64,000 nucleotides of DNA, taken from IMG/VR virus record IMGVR_UViG_3300008459_000024, positions 1-64,000 of that record; one strand, 5' to 3'. A model generated the notes under the pieces. The model was not told where the DNA came from and did not search any database. It worked only from the letters and a program-made list of their open reading frames with translations. The stretch's first letter is position 1. Each line of letters opens with the position of its first letter. Shown here one piece after another: positions 40,755 to 51,835 of the stretch. The position numbers and the translations under genes are program-made. The DNA is from a virus.

Positions 40755-43700
40755 TTATATACCGTTAGCGCTAGCCAAATTAAAATAAGTTTTCACGTTA
40801 GTTTCTAATTGTGTAACACTATCCGGATTATTTGTTTTGTAAGTATCGTAATAATTTGTAGTTGTTCCCGTATCATTAATCAATTGTTTAACAAACTGTG
40901 TCGCAAATTCATTAATATCTGTAAAATTAGTTACTGAATTAAGATATACCGGAACAAACTTACTATTAATAAAAGTCAAAGATTTTTCAGGTGTTTCAAA
41001 AACCGCATATGTATTAGTACTACCATTCTCATCATCCAAACAAATAAACTCCTCATTAAAGAATGATGATAAAGTTCCACCCCATATTCCCCCATCAAGT
41101 CTTGCTAATATTAAATTGTTATTCCAAGTTTTTATTTTAGTAGAAGCCGCATCATAACTAAACGATAATATAAGAGTTAGTAAAATTTTTCTTGAGTTTA
41201 CATCAGTTGTTAATCCATTAATCTTACTAACAATATCCGAAATAGTGAAATTAGTTTCAACTGGATTTGTAGATGCGTAAGTACTGTAGGGTTGAGCAGG
41301 TTCACAAATTTGTGAGGATGCGGGTTTTCTTTTTTGAATTAATGACTTAGTTGTATTCGTTTGTTGTTGGTTAATATTAGTGGTAGTATTTGTCGCAGTT
41401 GCGGCTCTAGAAACTTTATTAGAATAATTATTTCTAGCGTCAGTTATTAACTGTCGTTTAAGTGACATTAATATTGGATTGACATACGGTAATGTTGTTA
41501 CTTTTTGTCTTTGTCCCGTGAAATCGGTACTGAACTCACCAGGCGCAATTGTGTGAACAACTTCTGTAATATAATAAGAACCAGCAAACATAGGAACATT
41601 TCGTAACACAAAATAGTTTGTTGGTTGAATCATCATATTACCTAGACACCGTATTCTCGCCTTGTATTGTCGAGTTTTAAATACATTATATAAACTAACA
41701 GACTGTGTGTTTGTTCTCGACCCTGACTGACTTGTTGCCAATCTAAAATTAGCATCCAAAGATTCACTTGTTGCCTCCCCATTATCTTGTGATACATTAA
41801 TTGACGTAAAAACATTTTGATTTTGTAATCCAAAGTCAACCGCAAATCCAACAGTCTTATTAGATAACGCCCAATCAGTTTTACCAAATTGATTCTCAAT
41901 TATAGGATTTGCGCTAGTTTTTGATAAATCAAAACTATCCGAATTATACCCATTATTAATATTTTTATTATTCAATTGTTCGGAAGGCTTTTGTTGGTAA
42001 ACACAAACCATTTTTGGTTTGGTTTCTTGGAAATCGACATTATCAAATACCCCAAATAATTTATCGGCAAACAACTCTTCAGGGTCCTCATTATTTTGAT
42101 TATCCCCCTGCGGAGTTATTGAGTTATAATAATTAATATAGATAGGGTTATAAGAAATAATAAAACCATTCTCTCTAATTATATTCTCAATAATTTCGTA
42201 AGTTTGAGTTTTTTGACTTGAGTTTTTTAAAGTTTTAGTAAGTTCTGTCACATTAACAATTATTTGGTCGGATATGTTTCTATTGGCTCTATCCAACAAC
42301 AACACGTCTTCCAATAATGTTTGTGAACTATAGTTATTTCCCGCAACCCATTTATCATTTAAAGATTTAAATAAATCATAAAGTTCAACTTTAGTTAAAT
42401 AAGATTTTAATGGAGAATCACTTAAATCGTTCTCAGTTTTAACTGTTTGTGGTAATTTACCAGTTAATGTTTGGAATGTCTGAGTGAATAAGTTATTTTG
42501 GAAATCCTCAATATCCGCAAAATAACTATCTAATAAAGTAACAAAAGAATCTTTAGTTAATGTTGGGTCAAGTAATTTTTGACTCGCAAATACTTTAATT
42601 AGTGAGGAATAATATTCGATATTATTAATTGTAAATCCGATATTCATCACAGGGAAAAAGTCAGTAATATATGACCCAGTATCTGAGTACACTAATTCAT
42701 TTATCGTTGAGAACCCTACATGTGTTTTAAGTGTTTTCCACTCTTCAGGGTAGTTCGCTAACGATACTGATAATGTGATTGTATTTGCCGTAGTAGGTAC
42801 TGCGTTTGGCGTTCCACTATTGTAATCCACCTCAACTTGTGAGTAATTTAATGGATTAGAAGATAAAGAACTAAATGATTGAGGGTTAAAATTATTAGGA
42901 TTACCCTTAACCATGATAAAGTTTTCTGAAAGCAATCCTGCCATAGTTGACACAAAATTATTTATTTGGTCGTTCTGAATTTTGATAACTACATCATCAT
43001 CATTATTACCAAGTACTTTGTAGTCGTATTGGAATAAATCAATCATGTTTTGGTGTAAGGTAAAATTGTTTGTAACCTCGAATCTTGTCTTAGAGTAATT
43101 TAAAAATTCCTGTTCAATAATATCAAGTTCATCTTTTTGGAAAACTGAGAATAATTCTTCAATTTTTGAATACGTTGAGTCACTTACCAAATCAAAAGAT
43201 GACTGTAAAGTTGAGTTAGTATTAATTACTTTGAAGTACTCGTCGGGGGCGGGTAATGATATAGTTGAAGTGTTAAAATATCCATAGTTTGGTGCCCCCC
43301 ATAACAATCTCGCTGAACCGTTATACATAGAAGAATTACCCATTATAGGATTAACTAAACCTGTCACTGAAAAACATTCTTTTTCTGTCTGATTCACAGT
43401 TCCTCCAAACGAAGGTACCGTAACATATTTATTAGTTGCAATGTTTTTAATTAATATACTCCAGGCATTTAGGAATAACGATGATGTTGCTGTGTAATTA
43501 ACTCTATTAATTTTAGAAGAATTAGGTAACAATATTATAATTTCACCACTTTGTATTCTATTATTAATAGCGTCCTGTATTGTTTGTACGGTAAGACCCG
43601 CATCTGATGGGTTATATATATTAACACCATTTACCAAATAAAAGAAATCATTAATTAATTTTGGATAAAATCCAATATTCACATAATCAATATCACCAAC

Positions 43701-46700
43701 ATCCGAACCTATTGTGGATTCTAACTTTATATTAACCGTATTTGAATTATATAAAATATTATACTGTGTTCCGTATAAACCATTTATTGGGTCGTATGCG
43801 TTTAATTTATCAAAATCAGTTAAAGAATTACTTAAAATGTCAGTTCCAGTTTCAATATACTTCTTATATCTATACCACACACTTCCAAGTTTCGCAACCC
43901 ATAATTTTGGAACGGAATGAACCCCTCCAAACTTTTTAATAGTTGCCGCAATATAATCTAAATCATTACCAATGGATTCGTTAGAACTTTTATATTTTTC
44001 TTTTAACGTAGCCAAAGGCAAACTATTCAAAAAGAAGTAAGAACTTGTAACAAATGGATTCTCAGTTGTTTGTCTAACACTTTCAATATCCTGTATTAAT
44101 GCATTAATAAAATAAGGGGTGTTTAATATGGAGGTTGTTTGAGTATCACTCAATAAACTTGTATTTGTAGAATACAATAAATTACCCTCAGTGAAAACTT
44201 GAGTATCTGTTCTATCAATATAAAAACTATTAATATTAACAGGGATAACAATAGTGTTTGTTAATACTTCGAAATTTGTATATGGTCTATTAAAGTTGTT
44301 ATCACCTGTCTTACCTGTAGTTTTTGGAGTTGTATAATTCGCAAACTTCTTAATGTTTGAGTTATAAATTAACGAATCTGAAGTTTTGTTAAAACTAACA
44401 AATTCGAATCCATCCACACTTGATGCTAAATTATTTTGGTTCCATGTATTAGAAATAAATGGATAAGTGTCGGTGAAATAAACAGGGTTTGTAGCACTTT
44501 GCCCTAAATATGATTCAATCACCCCTTCACTTTCTAAAGTAACTTTAACTTCAGGTAAGTCAGTATCTAAAATCTTAAAGTTATTATCAATTTCACTTTT
44601 TAAATATTCAGTATTAAGAATACCATTTTGAAGTTTAATCCATTTATCAGTAGTCCCATTTAAAGTAATGCTCTTCAAATAGTTTTTAAATTCTATTGGA
44701 CTAAATTTGAAGTTTTTTAATAATTCAACTAAATCATAACTCTGTTTAGATATCCCATTTACAATATTCTCAGATTCCGCATCGGGTAAATATTTTAATA
44801 TCACATCTGATATTAATCGAGTAAAACCTTGGTACTGAGAAATTGTAAGTATACGTTCATAAATCTCAAAAAGGAAATTGACAGTTTCTAAGTTAGAGTA
44901 AGGATTATTCGTTGACGGTGTGTCAAATCCCGATATTATATTTCTATTTACTGCGGTTAAATTTATGGTTTGATTATTCGCAGGGGGGTCTAAATCTCTT
45001 TTCAAGTATCCTTTAACAAATTCTTCAACAAATTCAACTTCAGGCCAAATAGTAAAATCATTAGCCCTTGTAACTGAAATATAATCAGAATCACCAGGAT
45101 ACGCATTCTCATAAACAGTATTATTGTTAACCTTTTTTTCTACAACAAACTGAGGCCAAGGATAAACTGGTGAATCCGGCAAATTTTCAATTATGTCAGA
45201 TAATTCAGGACTACCACCTGACGAGACGGCATTTCTTCTAAAAGTACTATCTCGGTTATCAAAAGCTTTGGTGTGTACGTCATCTAAAAGTAATAAAAAA
45301 GCCTCGGCTGAAGCTAAAATGACAGCAATTACATTTTTAACAGTAGGTTTAAATCCAAGTCCACTACTTGATTCTAAAATTCTATCTAATTCTTCAGATA
45401 AGTTGTTTTCAATTTCGTTTTCACTAGCCTTTAAATCTTGTCTAATTTTTTCACTTAAATTTGCATAATACCCATCCCCATCAAGTCGATAAAATGGTGA
45501 AACCTCAACATCCAATAAGCTATTAGCATTTGCAAATATTAACTCTAACTCAGTCCCAAATAAATCAATTTGTTCCTGAGTCGGAGGGGTCCCATTTCTT
45601 TTAGTTAATGTTTTTAAAATATCAACTTGTGAGATACTTAAAGTCGGCATTATTAAAGACGATAATGTTATAGGAACTTTAATCTCTTTACTTCCTCCCT
45701 CACCAAAAGTTGGATTGTTGTTCAAAATTTGATTATTTCTACTAATAGTTTCCTCAAGAACACTTAACGCCGTTACAGAATTTGTTAATTGTTCGGGTTT
45801 AAATGTATAAATTTCATAATCCACATCATTCTCAGTAATTATGAATGGATTTTTAAGGTCCATATATGTTGAGAACCAAGAATTACTTTTAGTGAATATT
45901 TCTCCGTTATAGTTTATTATTGAACTTCTATAATTCTCAAAGTCTGTAAATGAATTAAATGATAATTTACCATATTCTCCCAAAGTAATATTAACAAAAT
46001 TATCAAGTTTATTTATTAATTGGGGAACCGTAAGTTCGGGAAAACTTTCAGGAATCAATCCCTTTTTTTTGTAATTAGAATAAACTAATTTAATTTTTTC
46101 ATATCCCCTGTATGTGGTTATTTCAGATACAGACTTATTGTTACCTCCTATTTGAGTAGTTTGGTCAACTTGTTGGTTATTAGAGAACTTTTTAGTGTAC
46201 ATTTGAGGAACCGCAAATAAATCCGCATATTGCACATCTTTTAAAACACTAAACTGTTCAGTTCTAAATGTTAATTCTATTTCAAAATTACCAGAATTAG
46301 CATTCATCGAGGTGTAAAAATTGTTTAAGTATAATCGAGTTTTTGTCGCTTTACCATAATATCCTTTAAGTGTTAAATAAAAAACAGGCCATGGATAATT
46401 AAAAAATACAGAATACGCCGAGTCGTCCCCACCTTCAAAAAGTGACCTACCTCTGATATCCTCTAATGTTACTTGTACTTCAGGTACGAAACTTAATCCA
46501 ACATTAAACACGATTCTTGTAATACCAAGTAATTCTTTATTTATCGTATTCTGATTTGGTATACCTTCTTGTAGGTCGGTCCAATTTGTTGTTAATTCTT
46601 GGTTTCCATTTGGATTAAGGAAGTTGACCGTACCAGCAGCGACTTGGATTAATTGCCCTGAATTACCTTCGGTTCCTCTTACAAGCCTACTTCTAGGAAC

Positions 46701-46850
46701 TAAGTCACATTCTAAATTAACATACATTACCAAGTCTTCTTGGTTAATTGTTCTTGGTTCGGGTAAATTTTGGTCATTATAAACCCTATTAGGGTCTACA
46801 ACAAATATATTATCAAAATTACTCTCTACATATATGTTTTTACTTGCCAT
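40755..46850 (-). CDS. Very large baseplate hub-like protein (about 2030 aa)
   Basis: Follows the gp53-like gene; VTLEDIRGRSLFE, FYLTLKGYYGK, CLGNMMIQP...FAGSYYITEVVHTI.PG.F.T.F.G.R (hub/gpD-like C-terminal motif). Start likely ATG 46850. Confidence 0.6.
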   Translation of the reverse strand: MASKNIYVESNFDNIFVVDPNRVYNDQNLPEPRTINQEDLVMYVNLECDLVPRSRLVRGTEGNSGQLIQVAAGTVNFLNPNGNQELTTNWTDLQEGIPNQNTINKELLGITRIVFNVGLSFVPEVQVTLEDIRGRSLFEGGDDSAYSVFFNYPWPVFYLTLKGYYGKATKTRLYLNNFYTSMNANSGNFEIELTFRTEQFSVLKDVQYADLFAVPQMYTKKFSNNQQVDQTTQIGGNNKSVSEITTYRGYEKIKLVYSNYKKKGLIPESFPELTVPQLINKLDNFVNITLGEYGKLSFNSFTDFENYRSSIINYNGEIFTKSNSWFSTYMDLKNPFIITENDVDYEIYTFKPEQLTNSVTALSVLEETISRNNQILNNNPTFGEGGSKEIKVPITLSSLIMPTLSISQVDILKTLTKRNGTPPTQEQIDLFGTELELIFANANSLLDVEVSPFYRLDGDGYYANLSEKIRQDLKASENEIENNLSEELDRILESSSGLGFKPTVKNVIAVILASAEAFLLLLDDVHTKAFDNRDSTFRRNAVSSGGSPELSDIIENLPDSPVYPWPQFVVEKKVNNNTVYENAYPGDSDYISVTRANDFTIWPEVEFVEEFVKGYLKRDLDPPANNQTINLTAVNRNIISGFDTPSTNNPYSNLETVNFLFEIYERILTISQYQGFTRLISDVILKYLPDAESENIVNGISKQSYDLVELLKNFKFSPIEFKNYLKSITLNGTTDKWIKLQNGILNTEYLKSEIDNNFKILDTDLPEVKVTLESEGVIESYLGQSATNPVYFTDTYPFISNTWNQNNLASSVDGFEFVSFNKTSDSLIYNSNIKKFANYTTPKTTGKTGDNNFNRPYTNFEVLTNTIVIPVNINSFYIDRTDTQVFTEGNLLYSTNTSLLSDTQTTSILNTPYFINALIQDIESVRQTTENPFVTSSYFFLNSLPLATLKEKYKSSNESIGNDLDYIAATIKKFGGVHSVPKLWVAKLGSVWYRYKKYIETGTDILSNSLTDFDKLNAYDPINGLYGTQYNILYNSNTVNIKLESTIGSDVGDIDYVNIGFYPKLINDFFYLVNGVNIYNPSDAGLTVQTIQDAINNRIQSGEIIILLPNSSKINRVNYTATSSLFLNAWSILIKNIATNKYVTVPSFGGTVNQTEKECFSVTGLVNPIMGNSSMYNGSARLLWGAPNYGYFNTSTISLPAPDEYFKVINTNSTLQSSFDLVSDSTYSKIEELFSVFQKDELDIIEQEFLNYSKTRFEVTNNFTLHQNMIDLFQYDYKVLGNNDDDVVIKIQNDQINNFVSTMAGLLSENFIMVKGNPNNFNPQSFSSLSSNPLNYSQVEVDYNSGTPNAVPTTANTITLSVSLANYPEEWKTLKTHVGFSTINELVYSDTGSYITDFFPVMNIGFTINNIEYYSSLIKVFASQKLLDPTLTKDSFVTLLDSYFADIEDFQNNLFTQTFQTLTGKLPQTVKTENDLSDSPLKSYLTKVELYDLFKSLNDKWVAGNNYSSQTLLEDVLLLDRANRNISDQIIVNVTELTKTLKNSSQKTQTYEIIENIIRENGFIISYNPIYINYYNSITPQGDNQNNEDPEELFADKLFGVFDNVDFQETKPKMVCVYQQKPSEQLNNKNINNGYNSDSFDLSKTSANPIIENQFGKTDWALSNKTVGFAVDFGLQNQNVFTSINVSQDNGEATSESLDANFRLATSQSGSRTNTQSVSLYNVFKTRQYKARIRCLGNMMIQPTNYFVLRNVPMFAGSYYITEVVHTIAPGEFSTDFTGQRQKVTTLPYVNPILMSLKRQLITDARNNYSNKVSRAATATNTTTNINQQQTNTTKSLIQKRKPASSQICEPAQPYSTYASTNPVETNFTISDIVSKINGLTTDVNSRKILLTLILSFSYDAASTKIKTWNNNLILARLDGGIWGGTLSSFFNEEFICLDDENGSTNTYAVFETPEKSLTFINSKFVPVYLNSVTNFTDINEFATQFVKQLINDTGTTTNYYDTYKTNNPDSVTQLETNVKTYFNLASANGI

Positions 46851-47163
46851 AATAATAAAAATATTGGTCAATTGCCGACTTATAATCTAACAAAGACGGT
46901 GTTAAAGGAAACGGTATAGTCAATATGGTATTATCAGTAATGTTTAATTCAGAACCTCCTTGTATCCCATTTGCTTGTAATATTAACCATCCAAAAAAAG
47001 GAGTTCCGTAATATAGTTGGGATATCTTATCTAATCTTGATGTGTTGATTTTATATACGTGAGTTTTGTCTGTAGATTTTGAAGGTAACTTAACATACGG
47101 TACCACAGTTTGCATACCATTAGAAACTAAGTTTTGATATCGATTATAATATAAATCAGCCAT
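46840..47163 (-). CDS. LysM-like baseplate wedge protein (T4 gp53-like)
   Basis: RLDKISQLYYGTPFFGWLILQAN...LTIP. Confidence 0.8.
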   Translation of the reverse strand: MADLYYNRYQNLVSNGMQTVVPYVKLPSKSTDKTHVYKINTSRLDKISQLYYGTPFFGWLILQANGIQGGSELNITDNTILTIPFPLTPSLLDYKSAIDQYFYYYGK

Positions 47164-50100
47164 TATTCAAATATTTTTTTACCATTATATGTTGATAGGT
47201 CACTATTCTCATTAACTGTTTGGTAGATAGATTTAATCTGAGTACCTTGTGTTTCCGTGGCACCTGATGTATTAAATGTAAACAATCTTTCTTTATTTGA
47301 TATAGTAATTCCATTAACTTGCGGGTTATAATCTTTATACGTTTGGTAATCAGTTCCTTCAATAAATGTATTGAATTGAGTTAACCATAAGTTATATTCC
47401 TCATCAAAAATGGTTGCCAAGTTTTCACAAATATTGTCAACTAATCCAACAGTTGTCCCTGAAGAACTTGAACTTAAATTCTCAGTTAATTTACTCTTAA
47501 AGTTATTTCTTAAATCAATATCTAAAAATACTTTAGATAATAGTGTAAATGTTCGGTTATTATACTCGTCGGATAACCCACCGCTTATTGGTGTGAATAA
47601 TGTACTATTCTCAAGTCCATCAACAATAATGTTATTACTTCCAAGTAACGTATAATAATTTTGGAAATTTGTCGCAATTTCTGTATAGTCAGTAGTTAGC
47701 TCAACATCTGAAGATGAAATACCTGATATAATGTAAACTTTAGGTTGACCGTTTGTTAATATTTTACCATCAGTTAAATTAGATATTAAATCTAACTTTC
47801 TAAACACTTGATATGATTCCGCTTGTAAATCTGAAACAGACTGAATTGTTGTAAATATTGAACTAATTTCACTTGAGTAATAATCATTAATAAAATTAGT
47901 ATAGTTATTTTTAACAACATTTACATCTGAATTAGTAACGTATGGGTCAGAATCCAATGAACTAATTATAGTATCATTCTCCGAATCAATATCACTAATA
48001 ATTTGGTCTTTTAAAGCTAGTAATCTTTGTTCAACATTTTTAGGTTTACCTAAAATTTTAACTTCATTAGTTGATGGATTTTTCAAATTATCAAAATATC
48101 CTGTAGAGTAATTTCTTTCAGTAATAATTTGTTTCCAAATACCATAATTGTATTCTTCAATAATTGTCTTATACGTATTTGTAATATTCGTGAAATAACT
48201 TTTTGCCGACTCAACTGCTGTACCAAAGAATTGTGTATATTGGATATCTCCTGTCTGAGTTGCCCCACTAGGTACATTAAGTGTTATTGTTCCAATAGTC
48301 GTTCCTCCATCATTTTGTAAAATATTGTTCACATCATTTAATCCTGCCAAAGGTTCTTGGTTAACAATTGCATTTAAAAATGCAGAATCTAATACGGTTG
48401 TATCTTCAGTAACATCCGCCCTATCATCATACATTTCAGTGTTAGCATAATAATTAAACGACAAAGCATTTTGTAATTTTGCTACAGGTTCTTTTAACCC
48501 GTGACCACCTATCATATCAAAAGACATCGTAACTGAAGCAATCATCGGTTGGATTCCAATCCCTTCGGGATTTAAATCTAATAAATCCTCATCGTAATCA
48601 AACTTGATAGAATTAGGAACGATTTTAGTATTAAAAAAATCACCAATTCTCAAAATTAAAATTGGTGGTCTACCAAAATTAGTATTGAACGAATCAGATG
48701 TAATTAATTTACCTGTATCCGTTTTTGTAGGTATTGTATTTCCAGGTCTTGTACATTGATTCAAAAAAACCAATCTTGAGTTCAATCCTTCAGGAGTAAT
48801 TGAGTGGAATGCCGGATGGAAATATTTAATCTTCGTTTTAATTGAGTCGTAAACAAAAGGTGATTGAGCGTTTAACATCTCAAAATAATCAGATTCCTTT
48901 AATAATCCCCTCAATACTTTTTTAGTTATGTTTTGACTAATATTAGTTTCGTTAATTGTTTGTTTTGGTTTATTACCAATTAACGTTTGTTGATTTGGAT
49001 TAGACTGATTAGTTTGATTGTCCCCCTGTACCGAATTATCAGGAGGAAATGGTGTAATAATAATATTTTTAAACCTAAGAGCTCTACATGCCATTGCCGT
49101 AGGGGAATACACATCTTGTAAACCTCCGAGTGTTTGGTTACAATTAATTGCATCAAAATTACCACCTTTAATTTCAGCATTAGAACTTAACTCAGGTTCT
49201 GAAACAATGATTAATTCCTTATCTCCATATTTTTCCAAGGTACCACCTTCAATAACTCGACTATATATCCAAGTTTTAACACTTTCCAATTCACTATTAA
49301 CAAAATTTTGTGAGCCAGCATCTGAAGTACCAATCTTTTTAGTTCCGTATAAAATAACTTTAACCTGACCTTTTTTACTTGTAAGGATTGATGAGATTTC
49401 ATCAATTATAGTATCAACTTGTGAATTGTTTGTTTCAATAACTGTATTAAAAAATGTTTCACATTGTCCTGATAAATCACCACTTTGTTGTAAAAATACA
49501 GGTAAATTATTTACATATTCGTCATACGCATTCCCATAACCACCACCACCAATTGTATCATTAAAATAAAACCCATAATTCTCATACTCGGAATTGAATG
49601 TTTGTTCAGGATTTTGAACAGGACTATCATTATTACTATTAATAGCTTGCCCGACTAACTGTAATTGTTCATTTGTCGAGTTGGGGTTCTGTAGCACTTC
49701 TTGGTATGCCTCTTGTAATGTCTTTAAATCTAATGTATTAAATCTTCTTGCAAGTTCATAAATATCATATTTTTTAAGCCCCGCAAAAAATGAATCAACA
49801 ACTTCATTTACAGTTTGTGAGTTTTCATTTTGCAACGCTTTGTTAACAATTAAATTTAACACTGAAGGATGGTCAACCACAATTTTAAAACTTAGGTTAC
49901 CACTTCTCTTAGTATTTTTGTATGTATAAATTGGTTCGGGTCTACCTAAAAATTCATTATCAGTAAAACTAGGTGTCGAATCATCGTCAAAACTTAATTC
50001 ATATGGTGGAAACCACATAACTCTACCTCCATTTGGTCCCTTTTCACATTCAGGTAATTCATTATATTCAGCACTTCCCTTCCAAGCTAAATTCTCAATT

Positions 50101-51794
50101 GAGAACATATACTTTTTAACACTAGCATTTGGTGATTGTGGATTTAAAATATTTGTAGAACCTTTTTTATTTACAGGGGCAATGTTTAAGTTATAAGTAG
50201 AATCTAATACCGAATACGAGAATCTTCTAATATTACCATTAGTTTCATTACCACTTGTATTTGCAATTGTTGATTGGAGATTAGAATACGTAAAATATGG
50301 AGTATCTTTTGTGAAAACTCTTCCGTACTCTTGACCTACTTCCTTACCATTTTTATTAACAAATCTTCTTACTTTTGAACCTTTAGTTATTTCTTTATAT
50401 CCATCAAAAAACACTTTAGATACTTGGTTAATTGCGTTACCTACGTGACTTAGTCTATCTCCACCTTTTTTAGGTGTTGAATCAATAATTCTTTGAGTCT
50501 CGTCTAAAATTGAACCGGGTTTAAACTCATAGTTACTTGATAAAACTTGTTCGTAAAATGGAGATATTTGGTTAAAAGTATCACTCTGTCCAAAAGATTC
50601 TCCCCCTTGTCCTATTTTTTTACCAGCATCCGCATTTGTATCAGTACTACCCCAAACAAATCCCCCGTCAAAACTTGGTCTCTCCGTGTAAGATTTACCG
50701 GCCAAACCAAACTGATAGTTATTATCACCTTCATAAAGTTTACCAGCTCTGTCAGGACCATAAACAATGGTACCTGTAACATTACCATAAGCATCTGTCG
50801 GAACTTGGTCAGGTGGAGAATTAATTTCTTGTAACTCAGCCTGTTCAGAACCAATATAATAATTCGTTAAACTTTCACCCTTATTGAATAAATTGGCAAC
50901 CGCCTGTATTCCTTGTATTTGACTTACATATGGAGGTTTAAATCTATTGTATCCTATGTTATTAAACATAGCACTTCTCTGTCCACTTCCTGTATTTTGT
51001 AAGAACTTCTCAGAAGGATTTACTAAATTCTTTAATTTATTAAAAAATTTACCCGTAAGTTTACCGACAGTAGTATTAGCGAGTAACTGACCCGCTTTAG
51101 TTTTTTGTCTCTCAGGTTGTGTAAAATATTCACCCTCAATTGGAGAAACAGGGAAATAGGTTCCCGTTAGTCTTTCCAACCAAAAAACACTCATGTCAAT
51201 CGCACCATCAGGTACTGTAATTGTATAATCTTGATAAACTAATGGTTGTTGTCCTGATACTAATAAAGACGCACTGAATGGGTCCTCAAAGGCTTGGAAG
51301 TTAACTCGTCCCACCGTATATCTTTCAACCTGAACCGCGATTCTTTCTTCAAAAAGTCCTCTTAACTGAGCGGCCGCCAATTGTTGTAAGTAGGAATCCT
51401 GACTAATAACCGGATTACTATTTAGAATATCCACAGGACTATAATTTGAAATAACAAACTGAGGATATTCTGAAGATTGTCTTAGAGCATTTGCAGTTCT
51501 TAAATCAAGAGAAACAGGTGTAGGTCTTATTGGGTATCCGACAATAGTACCTGCATCGATATAATCATTAGTATGATATCTATTTGGAATAGTCGATGAC
51601 TTAGCCTCAGTTTCAACTTCAGTACTTATATCATCTAAATCAATCGGAACTTGTACTCCCTGTACTACCTCATAGTTTTGAGGGTCCACAGACGAAGTAA
51701 ATGAACCCTCAATATTGTAAGGTTTTAGATTAAATTTAATTAATCTTTTTCTAAACTCCTCTGAACCATTAAATGAAAGTATATTCTCAGACAT
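47163..51794 (-). CDS. Large baseplate/tail-tube initiator-like protein
   Basis: WFPPYEL.F.D...FLGRPEPIYTYKNTKRSGNLSF; FGRPPILILRIGDFFNTKIV; lies between the tape measure and gp53-like genes; late motif at 51809-51815. Confidence 0.6.
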   Translation of the reverse strand: MSENILSFNGSEEFRKRLIKFNLKPYNIEGSFTSSVDPQNYEVVQGVQVPIDLDDISTEVETEAKSSTIPNRYHTNDYIDAGTIVGYPIRPTPVSLDLRTANALRQSSEYPQFVISNYSPVDILNSNPVISQDSYLQQLAAAQLRGLFEERIAVQVERYTVGRVNFQAFEDPFSASLLVSGQQPLVYQDYTITVPDGAIDMSVFWLERLTGTYFPVSPIEGEYFTQPERQKTKAGQLLANTTVGKLTGKFFNKLKNLVNPSEKFLQNTGSGQRSAMFNNIGYNRFKPPYVSQIQGIQAVANLFNKGESLTNYYIGSEQAELQEINSPPDQVPTDAYGNVTGTIVYGPDRAGKLYEGDNNYQFGLAGKSYTERPSFDGGFVWGSTDTNADAGKKIGQGGESFGQSDTFNQISPFYEQVLSSNYEFKPGSILDETQRIIDSTPKKGGDRLSHVGNAINQVSKVFFDGYKEITKGSKVRRFVNKNGKEVGQEYGRVFTKDTPYFTYSNLQSTIANTSGNETNGNIRRFSYSVLDSTYNLNIAPVNKKGSTNILNPQSPNASVKKYMFSIENLAWKGSAEYNELPECEKGPNGGRVMWFPPYELSFDDDSTPSFTDNEFLGRPEPIYTYKNTKRSGNLSFKIVVDHPSVLNLIVNKALQNENSQTVNEVVDSFFAGLKKYDIYELARRFNTLDLKTLQEAYQEVLQNPNSTNEQLQLVGQAINSNNDSPVQNPEQTFNSEYENYGFYFNDTIGGGGYGNAYDEYVNNLPVFLQQSGDLSGQCETFFNTVIETNNSQVDTIIDEISSILTSKKGQVKVILYGTKKIGTSDAGSQNFVNSELESVKTWIYSRVIEGGTLEKYGDKELIIVSEPELSSNAEIKGGNFDAINCNQTLGGLQDVYSPTAMACRALRFKNIIITPFPPDNSVQGDNQTNQSNPNQQTLIGNKPKQTINETNISQNITKKVLRGLLKESDYFEMLNAQSPFVYDSIKTKIKYFHPAFHSITPEGLNSRLVFLNQCTRPGNTIPTKTDTGKLITSDSFNTNFGRPPILILRIGDFFNTKIVPNSIKFDYDEDLLDLNPEGIGIQPMIASVTMSFDMIGGHGLKEPVAKLQNALSFNYYANTEMYDDRADVTEDTTVLDSAFLNAIVNQEPLAGLNDVNNILQNDGGTTIGTITLNVPSGATQTGDIQYTQFFGTAVESAKSYFTNITNTYKTIIEEYNYGIWKQIITERNYSTGYFDNLKNPSTNEVKILGKPKNVEQRLLALKDQIISDIDSENDTIISSLDSDPYVTNSDVNVVKNNYTNFINDYYSSEISSIFTTIQSVSDLQAESYQVFRKLDLISNLTDGKILTNGQPKVYIISGISSSDVELTTDYTEIATNFQNYYTLLGSNNIIVDGLENSTLFTPISGGLSDEYNNRTFTLLSKVFLDIDLRNNFKSKLTENLSSSSSGTTVGLVDNICENLATIFDEEYNLWLTQFNTFIEGTDYQTYKDYNPQVNGITISNKERLFTFNTSGATETQGTQIKSIYQTVNENSDLSTYNGKKIFE

Positions 51795-51835
51795 CAAACA
51801 TTTTTATTATAAATAGAATCTAAAATGTTTTTTAA

